The notes beneath the pieces were generated by a model. The model was not told the origin of the DNA and made no database searches. It saw only the letters and a program-made list of their open reading frames with translations. The translations under genes and the position numbers were made by a program. 25,282 bases of DNA from a virus. Its lineage: Duplodnaviria > Caudoviricetes. Positions 15,717 to 22,185 of the stretch are shown one piece after another. Position 1 is the stretch's first letter, and each line of letters begins with the position of its first letter. Location: positions 1-25,282 of the IMG/VR virus record IMGVR_UViG_3300005805_000449. The stretch is one strand, 5' to 3'.

Positions 15717-15981
15717 ATACCGAGGCGAAAAGTTCGACGGCTACAACAAGCCGAAGCGCACGCCAAGCCACCCGACCAAATCGCACGCCGTCTTGGCTAA
15801 GGAAGGCGATCAGGTCAAACTGATCAGGTTCGGTCAACAGGGCGTGTCAGGCTCACCACCGCGAAAAGGAGAGTCAGCAGCAGACAAGGCCAGAAGGGCA
15901 TCATTCAAGGCACGCCATGCGGCCAATATCGCCAAAGGCAAAATGTCAGCGGCGTACTGGGCTGACAAGGAAAAATGGTGA
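15706..15981 (+). CDS. Basic phage protein (91 aa)
   Basis: YNKPKRTP, KLIRFGQQG, RRASFKARH...SAAYWA motifs familiar from aquatic phages; function unknown. Confidence 0.85.
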   Translation: MAIEYRGEKFDGYNKPKRTPSHPTKSHAVLAKEGDQVKLIRFGQQGVSGSPPRKGESAADKARRASFKARHAANIAKGKMSAAYWADKEKW

Positions 15982-15982
15982 T

Positions 15983-16177
15983 CTACCGACCTTCATCGCG
16001 GTGGATTCGATCCTTTAGCTCTGAGACGTAGCGGCGCAGGTCGTTGGCTGCGTCAACGTGCCACCGCTCCCCAGTTTCCAAATACCGTTGGGTATGTAGG
16101 TCAATCGCCTTGAGCAGCCAATAAATCACCGGACACCAAGGCTCACGAATTGGCGTGTTCCATTCCCGCCGTGACAT
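15983..16177 (-). CDS. Hypothetical protein (64 aa) oriented against the head operon
   Basis: Occupies an otherwise empty gap; ends 1 nt from the convergent stop; helical protein-like sequence. Confidence 0.72.
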   Translation of the reverse strand: MSRREWNTPIREPWCPVIYWLLKAIDLHTQRYLETGERWHVDAANDLRRYVSELKDRIHRDEGR

Positions 16178-16234
16178 GACGTGCCTTTTGGCTGGCTTAC
16201 GTATACACTTTGGCGGTAAACCCTACGGGTCACA

Positions 16235-16930
16235 ATGTCTGACGAACAACTGCAGGAAGCTACGCCCACTGCAACCGATAACGAATCGGAAAAGCTCAAG
16301 CGCAGCATTGAAGCGTTAGAGCGTAAAAACTTTGAACTGATTGGCAAGCTCAAAGAACAGAAGGAAAAATCAGTTGCCGTTCCCGATGGCGTTGACATTC
16401 AGGAACTTCTGGAGTTCAAACGGAAAAAGGAACAAGAGGAACTGGAATCAAAGGGTAAGTACGACGAAGCCCTAAAGCAGTACGCCCAACAATTTCAGGA
16501 GCGGGAGGAAGGCTATAAGAAACGCATTGCCGAGCTGGAGTCCAAGCTGACCGTCAATCAGTTGGACAATCGCGTTGTTGCCATCCTTGCCGAACAGGGT
16601 GCTCACAACCCGCACGATGCTCTTCGTCTGGTCCGCGATCAACTGAAGCTGGACGAAAACGGTAATCCCGTGGCCGTTGATGGCTACAACGAAGTGCCCA
16701 TGGATCAATGGGTTGAACGCCTGAAGGCCGAGCGCGGTTACCTATTCAGGGCTCCGAACGTCAAAGGTTCCGGCGCTCCCGTTGGCACCAAGCCCGTGTC
16801 GTCTGATGTTCCGGCAGGCACCAAAAACCCGTTCACGCGGGAATATTTCAACCTCACCGAGCAATCACGCCTTTACCGAACTGACCGCGATCTGTACGAA
16901 CGCTTGAAGGCAGCGGCAAACAATGCTTAA
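16235..16930 (+). CDS. Capsid scaffolding protein
   Basis: Charged coiled coil, YLF...GSGA linker, NPF...NLTEQSRLY C-terminal helix pair; directly before the capsid gene. Confidence 0.85.
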   Translation: MSDEQLQEATPTATDNESEKLKRSIEALERKNFELIGKLKEQKEKSVAVPDGVDIQELLEFKRKKEQEELESKGKYDEALKQYAQQFQEREEGYKKRIAELESKLTVNQLDNRVVAILAEQGAHNPHDALRLVRDQLKLDENGNPVAVDGYNEVPMDQWVERLKAERGYLFRAPNVKGSGAPVGTKPVSSDVPAGTKNPFTREYFNLTEQSRLYRTDRDLYERLKAAANNA

Positions 16931-16943
16931 TATGTAACTGCTA

Positions 16944-16983
16944 GACGCGATTGGTTACGCCACTCCGTCATTGGGTTACGCCC
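16944..16983 (+). promoter_or_regulatory. Twin TTACG-loop hairpins in the capsid leader
   Basis: TGG-TTACG-CCA (16952-16962, extended by GACG/CGTC) and GGG-TTACG-CCC (16973-16983). Confidence 0.6.
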
Positions 16984-17012
16984 GCAACCAACAAATTCCC
17001 TGAGGATTCATC

Positions 17013-18035
17013 ATGGCGACTCTTCGCTCTGATGTCATCATCCCCGAGATTTTTACTCCGTATGTGATCGAGCAATCGACTCAGCGGAACCAGTTTCTTG
17101 CCAGCGGCGTTGTGCAGCCCATGGCGGAACTGAATGCAACCGAGGGTGGTGACTTTGTTAACGTGCCTTTCTGGAAGGCCAACCTGTCCGGCGATCTGGA
17201 AGTTCTGACCGACTCCACAAGCCTGACCCCCGGCAAGATCAGTGCTGACAAGCAAGTTGGCGTGATCCTGCACCGTGGTCGTGCCTTTGAGGCCCGCGAT
17301 CTGGCTGCTCTGGCTGCTGGCTCCGACCCCATGGCCGCCATTGGCGCCAAAGTTGGTGAGTACGTTGCTAACCAGCAGCAGGCTGACCTCTACAAGTGCC
17401 TGGAAGGTGTGTTCGGTAGCCTCACCGGCTCTGACTCCCCTGCCTTCGACGCTCTGCGTTTTGACACCAGCGGCGCAACTGCCCTCGGTCCCCGTCAGGT
17501 GGCTAAGGCCCGCGCAATTCTGGGCGATCAAGGGGACAAGTTGCAGGCCGTCGCCATGCACAGCTCCTGCTACTACGACTTGGTAGAGCGCAAGGCGATT
17601 GACTACGTGACCAACACGGAAGCCCGTCTGAGCACCCTTGCTACCGGCGCTAGCACCATCAACGCTGTTGGCGGTTCTGTGGCTGCTGCGTATGGCGACG
17701 TGAGCGTTCCGACCTACATGGGTCTGCGCGTGATCGTGTCCGACGACATCAGCAACAGCGCCGGCAACTACGCCTGCTATTTCTTCACTGCTGGCGCTAT
17801 CGCCTCCGGTGAGCAGGCTGCCATGCGGACTGAAACCGACCGCGACATTCTCGCCAAGTCGGATGCCATGTCGCTGGACATGCACTACATCTACCACCCC
17901 GTTGGTGCCAAGTGGGCCGTGACCACCACGAACCCCACCCGTGCTCAGCTCGCAACCGTGGGCAACTGGAGCAAGGTGTACGAAACCAAGAACATTGGAA
18001 TCGTGCGTGCCACCATCACCTCCAACTTTGATTGA
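17013..18035 (+). CDS. Major capsid protein
   Basis: 340 aa after scaffold; DVIIPEIF, GGDFVNVPFW, TYMGLRVIVSD, ETDRDIL; strong codon bias; GAGGA RBS. Confidence 0.93.
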   Translation: MATLRSDVIIPEIFTPYVIEQSTQRNQFLASGVVQPMAELNATEGGDFVNVPFWKANLSGDLEVLTDSTSLTPGKISADKQVGVILHRGRAFEARDLAALAAGSDPMAAIGAKVGEYVANQQQADLYKCLEGVFGSLTGSDSPAFDALRFDTSGATALGPRQVAKARAILGDQGDKLQAVAMHSSCYYDLVERKAIDYVTNTEARLSTLATGASTINAVGGSVAAAYGDVSVPTYMGLRVIVSDDISNSAGNYACYFFTAGAIASGEQAAMRTETDRDILAKSDAMSLDMHYIYHPVGAKWAVTTTNPTRAQLATVGNWSKVYETKNIGIVRATITSNFD

Positions 18036-18050
18036 TAGGAGGAACTAACG

Positions 18051-18419
18051 ATGGCTTCTCAATTTGAAGTTTCCGCTGGCAAGGCGCTTGGCTACACCTC
18101 CGGTCTCGGCGGTGCTGTTACTCAGGCCACCAGCAAGTCCACTGGCGTCACGCTGAACAAGCCCTGTGGCTCCATCACCATGCACAACGCTTCGCTCGCG
18201 GGCGATGCTGAAGTGTCCTTCACTGTGACCAACAGCGAAGTGGCCGCTACCGACGTGGTGAACGTGTCCGTGAAGTCTGGTGCTACCACCGGTAAGTACC
18301 TTGCTTTCGTGACCGCTACCGCTGCTGGCAGCTTTGAGATCACTGTTTCCAACGTCGGTTCTACCGCTGGTGAAGCTGTGGTGCTCAACTTTGCCGTGCT
18401 CAAGTCGGCTGCTGACTGA
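18051..18419 (+). CDS. Probable capsid decoration protein
   Basis: Beta-rich A/T/S/V/G protein right after the capsid gene with strong RBS AGGAGG. Confidence 0.6.
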   Translation: MASQFEVSAGKALGYTSGLGGAVTQATSKSTGVTLNKPCGSITMHNASLAGDAEVSFTVTNSEVAATDVVNVSVKSGATTGKYLAFVTATAAGSFEITVSNVGSTAGEAVVLNFAVLKSAAD

Positions 18420-18625
18420 TGGGCATGTTCGCCTTCCGGCGACTGCGTGAAATGGAGGCTCTGGCTTCGGCTGGGGCCTCTTTTCCTATTGCAGAGCCCA
18501 CGCCTAAACTTGAAGTAACAGAAGAACTGCCGCTGTCTACCGATGGCAATAACAATCGACGCAACGGTGGGCGGCGCAAACGCCAACTCCTACCTGACGC
18601 TGGCAGCAGCGGAACTGATCATTGA
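18419..18625 (+). CDS. Small hypothetical protein (68 aa)
   Basis: TGATG coupling; tail overlaps the adaptor gene. Confidence 0.6.
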   Translation: MGMFAFRRLREMEALASAGASFPIAEPTPKLEVTEELPLSTDGNNNRRNGGRRKRQLLPDAGSSGTDH

Positions 18626-19109
18626 AGGTTTCGTTCAGGACGACGACGTAACGGCTTGGGCTACTGCCACGACGGATCAAAAAAATCGGGCGCTGTATAC
18701 GGCAACTCAGCGTCTAGATCGTGAACGGTTCCTTGGGGCACGGGCTACTGATACCCAAGCCCTGCAATGGCCCCGCACTGGTGTTCGTAAGCCCGACACC
18801 TATATCAACACCTACGCCGTCGGCTTCCCGTTCCGCATCACCACGGATTATTACACCGACACGGAAATTCCCGATCAGATCAAAAAGGCCCAGTGCGTGC
18901 TGGCCACCTATCTGAACAACAACAAAGATGGGATGGGCTTGAGCGGGATGGAGGATTACAAGTCCGTCACCATCGGCAGTCTGAGCGTGGTTAATGCTGG
19001 TGCTAGTGCATCGGCCACCGGTGCTGATCGCCTCCCGCCGATCTATGAAAGGTATTTGACTGGACTTAGAATCAGTGGACCGGGCAACTTTGCCATTCGC
19101 CGTAGCTGA
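18543..19109 (+). CDS. Head-tail adaptor (family often annotated DnaT-like)
   Basis: ANANSYLTLAAA, FLGARATDTQALQWPR, IPDQIKKAQCVLA. Confidence 0.82.
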   Translation: MAITIDATVGGANANSYLTLAAAELIIEGFVQDDDVTAWATATTDQKNRALYTATQRLDRERFLGARATDTQALQWPRTGVRKPDTYINTYAVGFPFRITTDYYTDTEIPDQIKKAQCVLATYLNNNKDGMGLSGMEDYKSVTIGSLSVVNAGASASATGADRLPPIYERYLTGLRISGPGNFAIRRS

Positions 19110-19111
19110 CC

Positions 19112-19348
19112 ATGGCCGACAACGACGCTTACAACATTGGCTTTGAGTACATCAGCGACACTGCGGCCCATACCGGTCGTTTCTGGAAGCTGTATGCAGT
19201 GGCCGACGCCGTGATCAGCACTGCCACGATTCAAAACGCCAGCGGCAATACCTTTAGCTCCGTTCCTTTGGGTAAGGGCGATCAGATTGAGGGTGTGTTT
19301 ACCAGCGTGACGCTGGCTAGCGGCAAAGTCATCGCCTACAAAATCTGA
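19112..19348 (+). CDS. Small beta-rich virion protein, paralog A
   Basis: SDT..HTGR, GVFTSVTLASGKVIAYK; paralog of the next gene. Confidence 0.75.
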   Translation: MADNDAYNIGFEYISDTAAHTGRFWKLYAVADAVISTATIQNASGNTFSSVPLGKGDQIEGVFTSVTLASGKVIAYKI

Positions 19349-19599
19349 TGATGAGCGACTCCAACCTGCTGGGCATTGATTACGCCAAGGGCGCAACCTT
19401 TTTCAGCGATACCACAACGCGCACTGGCCGTTGGGCAGCAATTCATTTCACGACAAACACCCAAATTGACACAATCGTTGCTCAGAACTGGGACGGTTCC
19501 ACTTTGTCTGGTCAGTCCATGAGTTCGGCCACAACGATTTATGGGGTGTTTACCAGCATCAAACTGCAGAACGGCCACTGCGTTGCCTACAAGCTCTAA
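19348..19599 (+). CDS. Small beta-rich virion protein, paralog B
   Basis: SDT..RTGR, GVFTSIKLQNGHCVAYK. Confidence 0.75.
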   Translation: MMSDSNLLGIDYAKGATFFSDTTTRTGRWAAIHFTTNTQIDTIVAQNWDGSTLSGQSMSSATTIYGVFTSIKLQNGHCVAYKL

Positions 19600-19955
19600 T
19601 GGCACTTGCAACTTCGCTTCGTAAAACTGCCAGTAAGGTTATTAACCGTTTTGGCGGGGATGCGACCTATCGCCAAGTCAGCGGCGGTGCGTACAACACG
19701 ACGACCGGAGCGATCACCGAAACCGAAACCGATACTTTCATCAAAGGTGTTGTTGATGCTGTTCGCAAGCAAGAATTAAACGAGTTGGTTCACGAGCAAG
19801 ATAAAAAACTGATCATTGCCGCATCTGATCTGACGATTACACCTAGCCTTTCTGATCGTGTTGTTATCAGCAGCATTGTGCATCAGATCGTAAAAATCAA
19901 CGTCATCGAACAAGACAACACCGCCATTGCGGTCGAACTGTTCTTGAGGGCTTAA
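19599..19955 (+). CDS. Head closure (stopper) protein
   Basis: INRFG, GAYNTTTG, DKKLII, PSLSDRVVI; position. Confidence 0.75.
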   Translation: MALATSLRKTASKVINRFGGDATYRQVSGGAYNTTTGAITETETDTFIKGVVDAVRKQELNELVHEQDKKLIIAASDLTITPSLSDRVVISSIVHQIVKINVIEQDNTAIAVELFLRA

Positions 19956-19957
19956 CG

Positions 19958-20353
19958 ATGGCTAGGCGCATCAGGCTCGATCAAATCGGTGATTACAGCG
20001 AGGAAAAGCTGAATCAACTGATGCGCGTGGTTGTTTTTGAAACTGACGCCGAACTGAAAGCCCGTAGCCCCGTGGATACAGGGCGCTTCCGCGCTAGCTG
20101 GATTATCGGCGAAAACGCAACTGGCAATTATGACGCAGGCAATACAAGGTCGGACGCGCCCGTTGGCCTCAATTATTCGATTGGCGAAGAAAAAATTGGC
20201 AACACCTATAACGTTCATAACAGCTTGGTTTACGCCGAACCGCTCGCCAATGGCCATTCGCCCCAAGCCCCTGCCGGCTGGATTGACATTGTTGCAAGGC
20301 AAATGACCAATAGGGCGCGACAATTAGCTGAACAGATTGGGAGGCAAGACTGA
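19958..20353 (+). CDS. HK97 gp10-like neck/tail completion protein
   Basis: SPVDTGRFRASW, NSLVYAEPL, GHSPQAPAGW. Confidence 0.85.
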   Translation: MARRIRLDQIGDYSEEKLNQLMRVVVFETDAELKARSPVDTGRFRASWIIGENATGNYDAGNTRSDAPVGLNYSIGEEKIGNTYNVHNSLVYAEPLANGHSPQAPAGWIDIVARQMTNRARQLAEQIGRQD

Positions 20354-20778
20354 TGGCTGCCGTCAACCTCAACACAATTCGCTCCACGATTGAAGGCCGG
20401 CTGGCAACGGAGCTGGCCTTGTCACCGGCAATTCCTGTGGTTTTCCACAACATGCCGTACAACCCAGTGAACAACGGCACTTGGGTTCAATGCCTGACTT
20501 CGTTTGGCAATAACAGTTACCTGACGATGGGCGGCACAACCGGCAGTAGCAACAGCGTTATTGGTGTTGTGGTCATCAATATTTTTTCCGCTAAGGGCGT
20601 CGGCCCCGGCGCCAACCTCACCGTTGGTAAAAGGATCCGTGATCTTTACAATAGAATCGTTGTAAGTGGGGTTCACTTTGATCCCCCGACAGGGCCCGAG
20701 GTGGTGGCTACCCCATCTCCAGAGGGTTTCTTCCAAACACAGGTCAGATTGACCTTTGAAACCTTTGAGGATCTGTAA
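20353..20778 (+). CDS. Tail terminator protein
   Basis: Size, position before tail tube, GVVVINIFSAKGVG motif. Confidence 0.78.
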   Translation: MAAVNLNTIRSTIEGRLATELALSPAIPVVFHNMPYNPVNNGTWVQCLTSFGNNSYLTMGGTTGSSNSVIGVVVINIFSAKGVGPGANLTVGKRIRDLYNRIVVSGVHFDPPTGPEVVATPSPEGFFQTQVRLTFETFEDL

Positions 20779-20780
20779 CC

Positions 20781-21197
20781 ATGGCATTTTTCCGTGGACA
20801 GCAGGGCTCCGTCAAATTCGACGACGCGGGCTCCACTGCTGCAACCATCACCAGCACCCGCTCTTGGTCTTTGACCGTTGAGAAGGAATCGCTGGATACC
20901 ACCGCTCTTGGTGCTACCTATCGGGCAAATGTTGGCGGCTTGATCAGCGGCTCTGGCACCTGCGAAGTGCTGTATACCGCCAGCAGCGCAGACGAAACCA
21001 ACGCCTTTATCGAAATGGTCAATACGGCCAACGATGAGGGTGCCGCTCTGTTTGAGCTGTATCTGGACACCACCGGCACCAAGAAAATCAGCTTTGATGG
21101 TGTTATCACCTCGGCTGAATACTCTGCCACTGTCGGTGAAATCGAAGTCATTACCCTGAACTTCGTGACCAACGGCGCCATCACTCTGGACATCTGA
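20781..21197 (+). CDS. Tail tube protein, copy 1
   Basis: RSWSLTVEKESLDTTALG..YRANVGGLISGSGT, ELYLD, ITLNFVTNG: minimal tail-tube pattern. Confidence 0.88.
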   Translation: MAFFRGQQGSVKFDDAGSTAATITSTRSWSLTVEKESLDTTALGATYRANVGGLISGSGTCEVLYTASSADETNAFIEMVNTANDEGAALFELYLDTTGTKKISFDGVITSAEYSATVGEIEVITLNFVTNGAITLDI

Positions 21198-21199
21198 TC

Positions 21200-21619
21200 A
21201 TGGCTTTCTTTCGCGGCCAACAAGGCACCGTCTTCTTTGACAAAGCTGGCAGCGGCGGTCTTTCCGAGATTGCGGCTGTGCGCTCTTGGTCTATGACCGT
21301 TGAAAAAGAGTCGTACGACGTGTCTTCTCATGGCGCCACTTACCGCGCCAACGTTGGTGGTCTGATCAGCGGGTCGGGCACCATCGAAGTCATGTACGAC
21401 GCTCCCGGTTCTGGCGACAAACTTGATCTGATCAAGGATGTGAACCAAGCCACCGACGAGGCCGATGCAGCAGTTGAGCTGTATTTGGACGAAACCGGCG
21501 GTAAAAAGATCACGGGCACCATCGTGGTGACGAGCACCGAATACAGTGCTACGGTTGGCGAGATCGAGATTGTTACCCTCAATTTCGTTTCTAGCGGAAC
21601 CCTGACTCTGAGCATCTAA
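21200..21619 (+). CDS. Tail tube protein, copy 2
   Basis: About 89 of 140 positions identical to copy 1 by manual alignment. Confidence 0.88.
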   Translation: MAFFRGQQGTVFFDKAGSGGLSEIAAVRSWSMTVEKESYDVSSHGATYRANVGGLISGSGTIEVMYDAPGSGDKLDLIKDVNQATDEADAAVELYLDETGGKKITGTIVVTSTEYSATVGEIEIVTLNFVSSGTLTLSI

Positions 21620-21978
21620 TGCCCGCCGCAAATCAGCGCCCTGTTGATCTTCTCACTGGGGCGTTTGACCTGAACCAGCGTCGTCGGTTTGACATTAAGG
21701 GAGCTGACGGCGCTGTTGTTTTGTCGCTGTATTTCAAGCCGATCACCCGTGCTGACCGGAAGCGGGCAACGACTTTGGCGGGCAGCGAAGAGGCTCTGGA
21801 GATCAGCACGCAGATGCTGTGCCAGATGGCTGAGCTTGAGGATGGCACCAAGGCCTTTGCTGCTGCAGACGCCGCCAAACTGCAACGCGAACTGCCTGAA
21901 TCGGTGCTGAATGAGCTGGAGCTGTTCCTGTTTGGCTTGGGTGCTCCGCCGCTGCTGGACGAAGCAAAAAAAGACTAG
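21619..21978 (+). CDS. Tail assembly chaperone (lambda gpG analogue)
   Basis: Between tube and tape measure; ends GCA AAA AAA GAC TAG. Confidence 0.85.
   Translation: MPAANQRPVDLLTGAFDLNQRRRFDIKGADGAVVLSLYFKPITRADRKRATTLAGSEEALEISTQMLCQMAELEDGTKAFAAADAAKLQRELPESVLNELELFLFGLGAPPLLDEAKKD
21966..21972 (+). other. Programmed -1 ribosomal frameshift site A AAA AAA
   Basis: In-phase slippery heptamer just before the chaperone stop; -1 frame open to 22157. Confidence 0.82.
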
Positions 21979-22157
21979 AGGAAGACTCTTGGCTGTTCTT
22001 TGAGTTCTTCCTGGCGACGGAACTAGGTAAAACCGTCAGCGAATTACGCACTCAGTTGACGGAAGCCGAATTTGTAATGTTCGCCGCCTACCACGAGGTC
22101 AAGGCAAAGCGCGAAAAAGACGAGATGGACAAGGCCAACGCAAGAGCACGGCGATAG
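21972..22157 (+). CDS. Frameshift extension of the chaperone (gpT analogue; fused product 21619..22157)
   Basis: RLEEDSWLFFEFFLATELGKTVSELRTQLTEAEFVMFAAY...; no own start codon before the conserved-looking part. Confidence 0.82.
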   Translation, partial: RLEEDSWLFFEFFLATELGKTVSELRTQLTEAEFVMFAAYHEVKAKREKDEMDKANARARR

Positions 22158-22185
22158 ACTGCAAAGACAGGGTTAGTGCGCTGCT

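Noticed and set aside
16968-17897. 309-aa antisense ORF
   Set aside because: Shadow of the strongly codon-biased capsid gene; no recognisable motifs.
18543-19109. DnaT-like replication protein
   Set aside because: Position in the neck module indicates a head-tail adaptor.
21150-21200. Readthrough or frameshift fusing tube 1 to tube 2
   Set aside because: Copy 2 is out of frame with copy 1, has its own ATG, and no slippery heptamer is visible.
20781-21619. Assembly artefact as the cause of the duplication
   Set aside because: Copies differ at many nucleotides and by small indels while both stay open; a strain chimera cannot be fully excluded without reads.
20918-21631. 237-aa antisense ORF spanning both tube genes
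   Set aside because: Shadow ORF; its similarity to 21340..21615 just mirrors the duplication.
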